A stretch of 60,138 bases of DNA, taken from contig JAKLIO010000002.1 in the NCBI GenBank assembly GCA_022709565.1, positions 1 to 60,138 of the forward strand, read 5' to 3'. The notes beneath the pieces were generated by a model, which worked only from the letters and a program-made list of their open reading frames with translations, did no database searches and was not told the origin of the DNA. The position numbers were made by a program, and so were the translations under genes. How positions within the stretch are numbered: position 1 is the first letter of the stretch; each line of letters begins with the position of its first letter. Origin of the DNA: Patescibacteria group bacterium (GTDB lineage Bacteria > Patescibacteriota > Minisyncoccia > Moranbacterales > GWC2-37-73). Shown here piece by piece: positions 42,582-51,255 of the stretch.

Positions 42582-43670
42582 ATGAAAGATCTTAGTTTTT
42601 TAAAAAGTCAAATAGATCCATCAAAACCGGGGCCCTTGAATCATCTGGCTTTCCGGAGTGAAATGAGCAAGGGAAGAAAATGGCCAAAAGAAAAAGATGA
42701 AGATGGTTGGATGTTTGATCTTTTTGATCCTTTTGTCATAGATCGACATAAGATTGAATTTTCAAAAGCTTTGCGCAGACTGGACAACAAAACACAAGTT
42801 TTTTCTCTGCAAAACAACAACCACGTCCGCGATCGATTAACTCATACTACTGAAGTTGCCGGCTTGGCGGCTATAATTGCCAGGGCATTAGGATTGAATG
42901 TTGATCTATGCGTTGATCAGTCCGAAGGTCACGATGTCGGACATGTTCCATTTGGACATGTTGGGGAAATTTTTATCGCAGAAAAAACGCAAAAGGATTT
43001 TAAGCATGCTAAATATGGTGCAATCCTGCTGCAAGAAATGGAGCGCAAGGGCTTGGCCAATTTTTCTTTTGAAGTTTTGGAGGGCATATCTTTACACTCT
43101 TCCAAATTTATACCCGAAAATAAACCTCAGGAATACAAGGTAACTAAGCTATCTGACAAGATTGCCTTTGTGCTCCATGACATCAATGATGCCATTCGCA
43201 TGAGAATATTATCCGAAAATATCACGGAGTTAAAATTGCTGGGGCAAAATCACCGGGAAAGACTCGGGAATTGCATAACTGCCCTGTTGTCAGAGAGCAT
43301 CGGGCGCGGATTTGTTTCTTTCGAGATTTCCGACACTGCAAAATGTTTTTGGTCAATGTACGAATGGATGTATAATAATGTCTACAATAAAATTGATACA
43401 AGGCCATGGATTGCAATTTTAGAAACGACTTACGGAGTATTGACACATGAAAGCCAGAATCCAAATTCGTTTTTTTTCAAGCATGATCCCGTCATAATGC
43501 TCAGTCTAATGAACGATTTGGAATGTTCCAACCTTTATAAAAAAGTGACTACTTTTCAGGATCACCAGGATGTTCTAAAAAATCTGACAATGAATGAAAT
43601 CCTGCCCTCTCTCCAGGGCCGGGAAATAAACTGGGAAAACCCCGACTTTAGTTGGGCGGAAAAGAAGTAA
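42582..43670 (+). CDS. dGTPase-like HD-domain triphosphohydrolase
   Basis: SD acGGGAGGattataATG. FSKALRRLDNKTQVF...VRDRLTHTTEVAGLAAIIARALG...GHDVGHVPFGHVGE matches the Dgt/HD pattern. Confidence 0.75.
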   Translation: MKDLSFLKSQIDPSKPGPLNHLAFRSEMSKGRKWPKEKDEDGWMFDLFDPFVIDRHKIEFSKALRRLDNKTQVFSLQNNNHVRDRLTHTTEVAGLAAIIARALGLNVDLCVDQSEGHDVGHVPFGHVGEIFIAEKTQKDFKHAKYGAILLQEMERKGLANFSFEVLEGISLHSSKFIPENKPQEYKVTKLSDKIAFVLHDINDAIRMRILSENITELKLLGQNHRERLGNCITALLSESIGRGFVSFEISDTAKCFWSMYEWMYNNVYNKIDTRPWIAILETTYGVLTHESQNPNSFFFKHDPVIMLSLMNDLECSNLYKKVTTFQDHQDVLKNLTMNEILPSLQGREINWENPDFSWAEKK

Positions 43671-43699
43671 TAAACAAAAAACGGAGAATATCCGACAAA

Positions 43700-43735
43700 A
43701 ACCTTAAGCGAAAAGCTTAGGGTTTTTTATTTTTT
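43700..43735 (+). terminator. Terminator of the dGTPase-like gene
   Basis: CCTTAAGC-gaaaa-GCTTAGGG followed by TTTTTTATTTTTT. Confidence 0.7.
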
Positions 43736-43776
43736 ATAGAACTGCCTAGTTAATGCCATGGGAACTGGATTTATAC

Positions 43777-44042
43777 AAAAATGCTTTATTCAAGCCATAT
43801 CAAATTCTTCGACAAATGTAGCCCTGCGCTATATTAGCCAATATAAGCCATTTATTTTTCCGTCCCAAAATTTGATTTTAGTGATTTTTGTCAAAAAATT
43901 GGCCGAAAAATTTCAGAAAATCGCAAAATAAAAAAAGTCCTTCGACTTTTTCGGGTAGAAATCTCCGGACAGATGCAAAACTGGGTATGAAATACTATTT
44001 TGCTTTATTTAAGCCTTTTCAAATTCTGAGGCAAATGTAGCC
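43777..44042 (+). repeat. Non-coding repeat of about 266 bp, copy 1
   Basis: Aligns along its whole length with 50322-50587, including a 61-nt identical run (43892-43952). An internal unit of about 45 nt ending in caaatgtagcc lies at both ends, with a third partial unit at 44043-44090. Confidence 0.85.
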
Positions 44043-44248
44043 TTGCCTAGAAGGCCTTATTCAAGCCACGCTGCTCAAATGAATTTCTGGCTGGTTTTAG
44101 CAAAAAATGCTTTTCTCAATATATAAGCAGAAAAAGCTTTGACTAATGCCTGAAAGTGTGCTAATCTTGTAATGTTAAACTTATTTTAGAAAAATAGTCG
44201 AGCTTCGTAAAATATTCAATTTTACAAATCTAACAATTACAAAAAACT

Positions 44249-44446
44249 ATGAATGGTTCAATAAAAAAGAAAACTGACAAAGGTTTCGGATTTATCACTT
44301 CTCCAGAATTGGAAAAGGATTTATTCTTCCACAGCAATTCTTTGGTTGACGTCACTTTTGACGAACTCCAAGAAGGAGACGCTGTTTCCTTTGATTCGGA
44401 AAATTCTCCAAAAGGAATGAATGCGATCAATGTTAAGCGAGCTTAA
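44249..44446 (+). CDS. Cold-shock domain protein
   Basis: 65 aa: GSIKKKTDKGFGFITSPELEKDLFFHSNSL...GDAVSFDSENSPKGMNAINV, with RNP1-like KGFGFI. Confidence 0.9.
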   Translation: MNGSIKKKTDKGFGFITSPELEKDLFFHSNSLVDVTFDELQEGDAVSFDSENSPKGMNAINVKRA

Positions 44447-44463
44447 TATATTGCCTTTTAAAA

Positions 44464-44491
44464 ACTCCCCCGCTTCGGCGGGGGAGTTTTT
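44464..44491 (+). terminator. csp terminator
   Basis: ACTCCCCCGC-ttcg-GCGGGGGAGT followed by TTTT. Confidence 0.8.
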
Positions 44492-44591
44492 GTTATCTAG
44501 AAAATTGAATTGGATAGGGCTAGAATTAGATTTGTGAAGAAATGCTTTTATTTAAGGATCATGAAATGTTTATCGTTGGAATCAGTTTAAT

Positions 44592-44981
44592 CTAACAACC
44601 GGTATTAGCAAAATTAGAATAAGTACAAGGACAATGCTCCCCAGATGCACAGCTTTTTTTGCATTCTTTGTATTCATTAATTATCTTTTCCTCTGCCTTT
44701 TCATCCTTGTAATTATCGTATTTTAAATAACTAAATACGGCCACAGTAACCAAAAATGATATTAACAAGACCATATTTAATTTGCCTCTGTATATTTTTT
44801 TCTTCCTTATGCTTTTAATAATAACTACGATTAAAACTATTACTAAAACGGGAAGAAGAAGATAAAATTCAATGCTTATTAAAATAATTTCCTTGATGTC
44901 GATACAAGCTGTGGCAATATTAGGAACCATTAAAGCTACCAGTGCGCCTATTAAAATTTCGGATTTTATTTTTTTATGCAT
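44592..44981 (-). CDS. Hypothetical membrane protein with a Cys-rich C-terminus
   Basis: 129 aa with three hydrophobic helices. C-terminus is CKKSCASGEHCPCTYSNFANTGC. Confidence 0.5.
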   Translation of the reverse strand: MHKKIKSEILIGALVALMVPNIATACIDIKEIILISIEFYLLLPVLVIVLIVVIIKSIRKKKIYRGKLNMVLLISFLVTVAVFSYLKYDNYKDEKAEEKIINEYKECKKSCASGEHCPCTYSNFANTGC

Positions 44982-45022
44982 ATTTTATTTTATCAATTTA
45001 TATTTTTATTATACCACAGACA

Positions 45023-45134
45023 GGGGGAATCTCACGCGCTCGCTTTCGCTCGCTTTTCAAACCCCTCGGTTTGAATAATTCCGCCACGGGAAAACCTAGG
45101 TTTTCCCGACCCCTTTCCTCGTTCGATTTCTCCC
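45023..45134 (-). repeat. tRNA-linked conserved element, copy 1, downstream of tRNA-Gly(UCC). Its distal end repeats GATTCCCCCT from the tRNA T arm.
   Basis: Shares the core GGAAAGGGGTCGGGAAAACCTAGGTTTTCCCG..GG.GGAA.TATT.AAACCG...GGTTT.AAAAGCGA with 51357-51477 and 59718-59800. A 33-nt run is identical to copy 2. Confidence 0.8.
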
Positions 45135-45181
45135 ACCCAAAAAATAAAAACTCTCCTTCTGGGAGAGTTTTTATTTTTTTG

Positions 45182-45253
45182 AGCGGGTAGGGGGAATCGA
45201 ACCCCCATCTCAACCTTGGAAGGGTCGCATAAGAGCCATTATACTATACCCGC
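45182..45253 (-). tRNA. tRNA-Gly (anticodon UCC)
   Basis: Hand-folded cloverleaf: acceptor GCGGGTA/TACCCGC, anticodon stem CGACC/GGTTG with loop CTTCCAA, T arm GGGGG-TTCGATT-CCCCC. Confidence 0.85.
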
Positions 45254-45258
45254 TTTTA

Positions 45259-45930
45259 TTAAATTTGATCTAATGAACTTTCTATCCAACCCATAATTCT
45301 ACGATGCAATTTTACTCCAAAATTAGAATTGCCCTTGCAAACAGCAGAAATGTGAGCAGTTCCGAACGGCAATTTTTTTCTATTTTTAGTAGCTTTATTT
45401 TTTCTCAAATCTACCTGTGTCTTTCTGAAATTTTCGACTGATAATTTTGTGACTTTACGCCAATATGATTCGCACTTTTTCACATCACAATCTGGATACA
45501 CATGAATCATAACAGTTAAATTTTCATTTTTCAACCCACAGCAATCTTTAAACCATTTAATTGCCAACTTTATTATTTTCGGATCAGAGTTTATAACTCT
45601 AACAATATCATGCGTTTTGGATCCTTCGCCCATATACAATCCGAGTCCGATCATCCATAAATCTTTTTTATTTAGCACCCCTAATTCTTCTTTAGCTTCT
45701 TTTTTTATTTGAGCTATATCCTTGACTCTTTTGTTATGCTTGATTCTGCCTGATTTCAGAGGTCCAGTTTTTATTCTTTCCCAAACCTTTTCATTTGGTT
45801 CAAAAGGAACTTCCTTGAGCCACGAACTTAATGTACTTTTGCTGATTTTTATCTGCTTCAATATCAAACCATAGGAATATCCCCTTTTTCTCAAACTCAT
45901 GGCCTTATTTTTTATATGCATATCCTTCAT
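45259..45930 (-). CDS. HTH plus LAGLIDADG-like (homing-endonuclease-like) protein
   Basis: 223 aa with an N-terminal resolvase-type HTH (LRKRGYSYGLILKQIKISKSTLSSWLK) and an LWMIGLGLYMGEGSK motif resembling LAGLIDADG. Its stop codon lies 5 nt upstream of the tRNA-Gly 5' end. Confidence 0.45.
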   Translation of the reverse strand: MKDMHIKNKAMSLRKRGYSYGLILKQIKISKSTLSSWLKEVPFEPNEKVWERIKTGPLKSGRIKHNKRVKDIAQIKKEAKEELGVLNKKDLWMIGLGLYMGEGSKTHDIVRVINSDPKIIKLAIKWFKDCCGLKNENLTVMIHVYPDCDVKKCESYWRKVTKLSVENFRKTQVDLRKNKATKNRKKLPFGTAHISAVCKGNSNFGVKLHRRIMGWIESSLDQI

Positions 45931-46198
45931 ATATTCATTGTAGCATATAATATAGGTCAGTACAATTTTTCAAAAAGCTATTTTTTGACATTTTTAAACT
46001 CTCCCTATTATACCCAAAAATACTTTATTGTCCAGTCTTGAATTGCGTTTGCGCGTTTGAAAACCGTCGAAACCCAATCCCTGTTTAATCCCCGCTAAGC
46101 TATTGACAAAAATTTGATTTGGGTATATGGTACCCGGTCATGGAAAATATGACAAATCGGGTTAAAAATCCGGTTTTAATAATTTTTTAATTAACCAT

Positions 46199-46723
46199 AT
46201 GCGAAAAATCAAGTTTTTATTCCTGGCTTTGTTTCTTTTGCTGCCGTTTTCTTCTGCAGACGCCTGCAGTGTGCGCCAGCCGGCCAAATCTTATATAAAC
46301 AGAATCCATAAGATTATTGGCGGCGAAAAACCGAAGCTTGTGATTGAAAGCGGAAAGGATAAAGAAATAGCCGCTTTCTATGACGGAAAGGCTATCCATA
46401 TTTATAAGGGAGACTACAAAGGCAGCTGCGGCAATGAAACCCCCTACCTAAAATCGGTTATTGCTCATGAATACGCCCATCATGCTGAAAAAAAGTTTAA
46501 AAGTGTCGCAAAGCTTAAGGGTGAAAAATTAGCCTATGTTGCGGAGCATGCCATTGGAGATTCCATTTTCGGAGATGATATCGAATATGACAATGATAAG
46601 GATCTCAAGCATCCGAAAGCCTATGAAGCCATAACAAAAATGATATTCAAAAAGCAAAGTAAGAAAAATGACTTCGCCAAAAATAATACTTTATATTTCA
46701 AAAAACACCGAAGCAACAAATAA
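46199..46723 (+). CDS. Secreted HExxH metalloprotease-like protein
   Basis: Signal peptide (FLFLALFLLLPFSSADA) and a zinc motif (VIAHEYAHH). Confidence 0.55.
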   Translation: MRKIKFLFLALFLLLPFSSADACSVRQPAKSYINRIHKIIGGEKPKLVIESGKDKEIAAFYDGKAIHIYKGDYKGSCGNETPYLKSVIAHEYAHHAEKKFKSVAKLKGEKLAYVAEHAIGDSIFGDDIEYDNDKDLKHPKAYEAITKMIFKKQSKKNDFAKNNTLYFKKHRSNK

Positions 46724-46733
46724 TTCATAAAAG

Positions 46734-46763
46734 AACCGCCTCGATACTTGAGGCGGTTTTTTT
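46734..46763. terminator. Bidirectional terminator
   Basis: AACCGCCTC-gatactt-GAGGCGGTT followed by TTTTTT. Confidence 0.75.
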
Positions 46764-46776
46764 ATGCAAAATTTTT

Positions 46777-47310
46777 TCAATAAGATAGCGTAAACCGCCA
46801 AAGGTATTCTTTGCAATGCTTGGCATAATCAATACCGATTCGCCTGCCCACCACAATAGATTTCTTTGAAATTTTTTGGGCGGGCTTCTCGATGTATAAA
46901 TTTCCTTTTTTTGTTATGTCTTTCCCATTCAGTTTCCGATCTATTTTCAAAACTTTGCAAAGCTTCCCTGGACCATTGGTTTTTTTATAATCAATGCCTT
47001 CTATTTTTACCGCCCTGATTAATACAGCGGCCGGAAAATCTTTTTTCTCCGTCACAATATTAAGACAATGATACATGCCATAAATCATATAGATATAGGC
47101 ACGTCCCGCGACGCCAAACATAAGTTCCGTTCGCGGCGTTCTGCCTTTGGATGCATGCGAAGCTAAATCATCTTCGCCCATATAGGCTTCCGTTTCGGTG
47201 ATCATGGCTTTTATTGTTCTGCTCCCGATTTTTCTGATCAAAAAACAGCCAAGCAAATCCTTGGCAACATTCAATGTATTTCGATTGTAAAAACCGCGTT
47301 TTAAAATCAT
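46777..47310 (-). CDS. DNA-3-methyladenine glycosylase (MPG/AAG family)
   Basis: LNVAKDLLGCFLIRK...ITETEAYMGEDDLASHASKGRTPRTELMFGVAGRAYIYMIYGMYHCLNIV. Confidence 0.85.
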   Translation of the reverse strand: MILKRGFYNRNTLNVAKDLLGCFLIRKIGSRTIKAMITETEAYMGEDDLASHASKGRTPRTELMFGVAGRAYIYMIYGMYHCLNIVTEKKDFPAAVLIRAVKIEGIDYKKTNGPGKLCKVLKIDRKLNGKDITKKGNLYIEKPAQKISKKSIVVGRRIGIDYAKHCKEYLWRFTLSY

Positions 47311-48467
47311 ATTATTTGTTTTTTATGCTCTATCGCCTCCGCATAAACCGCCAGCATTTTTTCCGCTGAGGCGGAAGCAGTATATTTTTCCCGAGCAATT
47401 CTCGATGATTCAGCCGACATTTTCTGGCGCAGCGCTGCGTCATCCAAAAGTTTTTGCACAGCTTCTATAAATTTATTTTTTTCTTCCGCAGTCAAAAATC
47501 CATTCACATTTTCCTCCACTAAACTTTCAATACCGGTCGCTTTGACTGCCACAATTGGAAGACCGGAATACATAGCTTCAGTTATGATCATACCTTGCGT
47601 TTCCGATTTGGATGCATAGACAAAAATATCGCCGGCCGCATAATAATTCTTGATTTCCTCTGCTTCGACCAAACCGACGAAAATTATTTGCTGGTCTAAA
47701 TTTCTTTTTTGAGCTTCTTTTTCGAGTTCTGCCTTGAGATATCCATCGCCGACCAGCACGAATTTTGTTTTGGGATTTTTTTGCAAAACATCCGCCACCG
47801 ATTCAAAAAGAAAACTGATATTTTTTTCTTCCGTCAGGCGCGAAACCAACAGCAGCACAGTTTCATCATCTTTTATTTGATATTTTTCGCGGATTTTTTT
47901 TCGGTTTGAGCCGGAAAAACATTTTTCATCAATGCCGGTTGCCACCGGAAAAATTTTATTAACCACGCCCCAGTTTTTAAGGATTGGTTCAATTGACTGC
48001 GTCGGCACAATCACACTGTCAGCCTGATTGGCATATTTGACAGCTTTTTTAATTATCCAACCAGCTGTTAATTTGGACGGTAAAAATGGCACGAAATTGG
48101 TATATTTGTCATACAGCGTATGCCAAGTAAAGATCAAAGGGATATTTTTTTTCTTAGCCCATTTCATGGCGGCTGATCCCAGGAGATTCGGATGGTGCGA
48201 ATGAATAATGTCTAAATCAAGTTTTTCAATAATCCTATCCATTTTGCGTGAATATGGAATGCCCAACGGCAAACGGAATTTTATTTCAATATCCACTGAG
48301 AGATAACGAAAAACGTTTTTATTCGTATCTTGATAGTCGGAATAATTCGGAGCGAAAACAAAAACCGTGTGGCCACGTTTTTCAAATTCTTTGCGAAAAG
48401 TTTCCACCGACATCGGCACCCCATAGATATTCGGCAGATAATTATTGGTGAAAAAAGCAATACGCAT
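47307..48467 (-). CDS. Glycosyltransferase family 4 (GT-B)
   Basis: MRIAFFTNNYLPNIYGV start. The C-terminus has the EX7E-type region (SKSETQGMIITEAMYSGLPIVA). An alternative start lies at 48488. Confidence 0.8.
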   Translation of the reverse strand: MRIAFFTNNYLPNIYGVPMSVETFRKEFEKRGHTVFVFAPNYSDYQDTNKNVFRYLSVDIEIKFRLPLGIPYSRKMDRIIEKLDLDIIHSHHPNLLGSAAMKWAKKKNIPLIFTWHTLYDKYTNFVPFLPSKLTAGWIIKKAVKYANQADSVIVPTQSIEPILKNWGVVNKIFPVATGIDEKCFSGSNRKKIREKYQIKDDETVLLLVSRLTEEKNISFLFESVADVLQKNPKTKFVLVGDGYLKAELEKEAQKRNLDQQIIFVGLVEAEEIKNYYAAGDIFVYASKSETQGMIITEAMYSGLPIVAVKATGIESLVEENVNGFLTAEEKNKFIEAVQKLLDDAALRQKMSAESSRIAREKYTASASAEKMLAVYAEAIEHKKQII

Positions 48468-48469
48468 AC

Positions 48470-48600
48470 TAGAAATGACAAATTTCAAATTTCCAATGAC
48501 AAATCAATTTCAAAATCCAAAGTTCAAATTTTTGACATTTAGTCATTTGGATTTGATTAGAAATTCGTCATTTGTCATTTGAAATTACAAAAAATACTTA
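48470..48600. repeat. AT-rich imperfect palindrome of the CAAATGAC / TTCCAATGAC word family
   Basis: gaaatgacaaatttcaaatttccaatgacaaatcaatttcaaaatccaaag faces tttgacatttagtcatttggatttgattagaaattcgtcatttgtcatttgaaatt. Related words occur at 36745-36790 and inside tsaD (53295-53325 and 53555-53610). Confidence 0.6.
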
Positions 48601-48616
48601 AATAAAAAAACACCTG

Positions 48617-49450
48617 TTACTTAATTTCTTTCAGAAATTCTAATATGTCCGTAAAAACGTGTTCATTTTTAATATCCGAAATAAATGTATGGTAGGCTCT
48701 GTTTATATATTTCTTCTTTTTTATATCTGAGCTGATTTTTTCATATATCTTATCCATGCTTCCATGTGAAACAACATGATCCTGTTTGGATTGAATCAAA
48801 AAACAAGGCTGTTTTATTTCCGCAAATTTTTCTCTGACTGCTTTTACTAGCTTTAAGACTTCCAAAGCGCTTCTGGTGGAATATTTTTGGTAGGCAATAA
48901 CGCGGGTAATTGTGGTGGTGGCGCCAAATGTCGGCGGATAGAATTTCTTGTTATATTTTTTGAACGGCAAAATTAATTTTCCCCACATTTCCAATATGCT
49001 TTCGAGTTTGATTTTGTACGGAGTTGCCATCAGCACCAATCCTTTTGTTTGCGGTCTTTGGAGTGCCAAAAGAATTGCCAAACTGGCGCCGATCGATGTC
49101 CCGCCAATGTAAACTTCCCCGCATTCTTTCTGCAGCTCGTCATAAGCTTTCAGCAAATCAGCCAGCCAGTCCTGATAGGTCACATTCTCCAAATCTTCCG
49201 GCTGAGTACCATGGCCTCTCAGCATTGGTCCGGAAACCGTGAAGCCTTCTTCACTCAGATATTTTCCCAATCTTCTCACTTCATAAGCGGTGGATGTCCA
49301 GCCATGAACCAGCAGCACCCCTTTGCCGTTATTGCCTTGGAAATAGAAAGGTTGATTAACTAAATCTTTTTCATCTTTAAAAATCAGCTCCGGATCGGCA
49401 AAAATAATGTTCTTAGCTTTATTGATAAATTTTACAATTTTTGGAGTCAT
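48617..49450 (-). CDS. Alpha/beta hydrolase (esterase/lipase-like)
   Basis: HGWTS, the nucleophile elbow GTSIG, and D/H residues near the C-terminus (QDHVV, AYHTF). Confidence 0.75.
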   Translation of the reverse strand: MTPKIVKFINKAKNIIFADPELIFKDEKDLVNQPFYFQGNNGKGVLLVHGWTSTAYEVRRLGKYLSEEGFTVSGPMLRGHGTQPEDLENVTYQDWLADLLKAYDELQKECGEVYIGGTSIGASLAILLALQRPQTKGLVLMATPYKIKLESILEMWGKLILPFKKYNKKFYPPTFGATTTITRVIAYQKYSTRSALEVLKLVKAVREKFAEIKQPCFLIQSKQDHVVSHGSMDKIYEKISSDIKKKKYINRAYHTFISDIKNEHVFTDILEFLKEIK

Positions 49451-49554
49451 TGCTTAATAACTTTAATAACCGATATGCCTTAATCTTAGTCTTTCCCCTG
49501 TTTTTTGCAAGAAAAAAACTGCCCTAATCGCAGTCTTTAAAAATGTCTTAATTT

Positions 49555-50163
49555 TTAATTGGAATTATTATTCTCCCGCAAAAGTTGCCTGGACTGGTAT
49601 TTTTTATAAAGCGTAATGCCCATAAAAGAAGCGACAGCCACAGCAGTAATAATCCAGCCCGCCCAGCTGATATATTCTTTCATGCTTTTCCAAAGATAGC
49701 CATAGAAATAGCCCATGGCCACTAATGATCCGCTCCAAACAATTCCGCCCAAAAAAGAATATTTCAGAAATTTTTTAAAATCCATTTTCACAATTCCGGC
49801 CGCCGTGAATGTCGCCCAGCAAAGACCGACTGTTGATTTTACGGCAAAAATAGTTTTACCGCCGTGTCTTGTGAAATATTTTTCCATTCGGAGCACCAAC
49901 GATTCGGTGATGCCGATATGCTTTCCGATTTTTCTCACAAAATGCATGCCGTATTTGTAGCCTATCCAATAGAGAATAACGTCTCCAAGCATATCCCCCA
50001 GAACCGAAAGCACAAAAACCCAAGGCCAAAAAAATGCGCCCATGGAAGCCAGCATGGCTGAAATCAAAGTCACTACCGGCCCTTCGAGAGTCATCAGTGG
50101 CAGCATGGCAAAGTAGCCATAATGCCGAAGGAATTCAAAGATGTGTTGTCCAGCCTGATCCAT
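49555..50163 (-). CDS. DedA-family membrane protein
   Basis: Multi-pass membrane protein with the DedA pattern (G..A.....E.P.... and LGD.....IGYK.G). ATG at 50163. Confidence 0.7.
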   Translation of the reverse strand: MDQAGQHIFEFLRHYGYFAMLPLMTLEGPVVTLISAMLASMGAFFWPWVFVLSVLGDMLGDVILYWIGYKYGMHFVRKIGKHIGITESLVLRMEKYFTRHGGKTIFAVKSTVGLCWATFTAAGIVKMDFKKFLKYSFLGGIVWSGSLVAMGYFYGYLWKSMKEYISWAGWIITAVAVASFMGITLYKKYQSRQLLRENNNSN

Positions 50164-50321
50164 AGGCTTATTATAACGCAAAAACAACAAAAAATAAACA
50201 CTCTGACTGTGAGCTTCTTCGCTTGTTTTATTTAGCAGACTAAATGCTCACCGGATGGAACCAGCTCATGAAAAAATAAAGGGATATTTTGGCTTTGCTA
50301 CATAAAGAGGGCCAGAATAGG

Positions 50322-50587
50322 AAAAATGCTTAATATAAGCCCTTTCAAATTCTTCAACAAATGTAGCCCTATGCCATATTGCCCAATTTAAGCCATTTAT
50401 TTTTCCGTCCAAAAAGTTGATTTTGGAGATTTTTGCCAAAAAATTGGCCGAAAAATTTCAGAAAATCGCAAAATAAAAAAAGTCCTTCGACTTTTTCAGG
50501 TGAAAATCTTCGGACGAGTGCAAAACTGGCCACACAATACCGTTTTGCTTTATTTAAGCCTTTTCAAATTCTTCGACAAATGTAGCC
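50322..50587 (+). repeat. Non-coding repeat of about 266 bp, copy 2
   Basis: Collinear with 43777-44042 and in the same orientation. Confidence 0.85.
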
Positions 50588-50642
50588 TCCTCTTTTTTGC
50601 CTAATTTAAAGCTTTTCCATATCTCGGGAAAAAGCCACTCAA

Positions 50643-50906
50643 CTACTTCGTAAATAGCCCGCAATAGCATTTTCCGTCTTTCGCAATCTCTTCTTTATGG
50701 AAAGCACAGGGGCAGATTTTTTTCGCATCTTCTTCCTGATTTCCGCTTATCCGCCGGCAAGGGCAATATTTTTGGCCTGTTTTCTCCTCATTTCTCAATA
50801 ATCCGTCCAATACCCTTTCAACAGTCTTTTTGTCCGGATTTAGCTGAAATCCGTTTTCTTTGGCGTATTCCAAATATTTTTCAATCATTTCTTCTTTTTT
50901 ATCCAT
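50643..50906 (-). CDS. Ferredoxin:thioredoxin-reductase catalytic-subunit-like protein
   Basis: QKYCPCRRISGNQEEDAKKICPCAFHKEEIAKDGKCYCGLF (the CPC...CPC...CYC pattern). ATG at 50906; the track ORF is 5'-extended. Confidence 0.7.
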   Translation of the reverse strand: MDKKEEMIEKYLEYAKENGFQLNPDKKTVERVLDGLLRNEEKTGQKYCPCRRISGNQEEDAKKICPCAFHKEEIAKDGKCYCGLFTK

Positions 50907-50937
50907 ATATTTTTGTAATTGAGATTTTAATAGTTGG

Positions 50938-51255
50938 CTAAATATTTTTTTCCAGCCATTCTTTGATTTCAAGTTCAGGCTTAAATCCAGTGAAGGAATC
51001 GACCGGCTCGCCATTTTTGAAGAGCACTACCATTGGGATACGATCAACTTTAAATTTCTGGGCATTCAGCTGATTATCATCAACATTAGCTTTCAGCAAA
51101 ACAATTTTTTCTTCGAATTCCTTTTCTATTTTTTCCAAAACCGGCGCCAGCATTGAGCAGGGTTCGCACCAAGTCGCGTAAAAATCAACCAAAGACAGCT
51201 TTTCTGTTTTTTGAATTTCTTTTTCAAAATTATCGTCAGTTAAAATAATAGACAT
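50938..51255 (-). CDS. trxA: Thioredoxin
   Basis: 105 aa with active site WCEPC and the thioredoxin-fold pattern (VDFYATWCEPCSMLAPVLE...DRIPMVVLFKNG). Confidence 0.9.
   Translation of the reverse strand: MSIILTDDNFEKEIQKTEKLSLVDFYATWCEPCSMLAPVLEKIEKEFEEKIVLLKANVDDNQLNAQKFKVDRIPMVVLFKNGEPVDSFTGFKPELEIKEWLEKNI

Noticed and set aside
43777-44042. A small protein encoded by the 266-bp repeat (ATG at 43781 and at 50326).
   Set aside because: The short frames (about 18-20 aa) differ in length and sequence between the two copies, so substitutions do not respect a reading frame.
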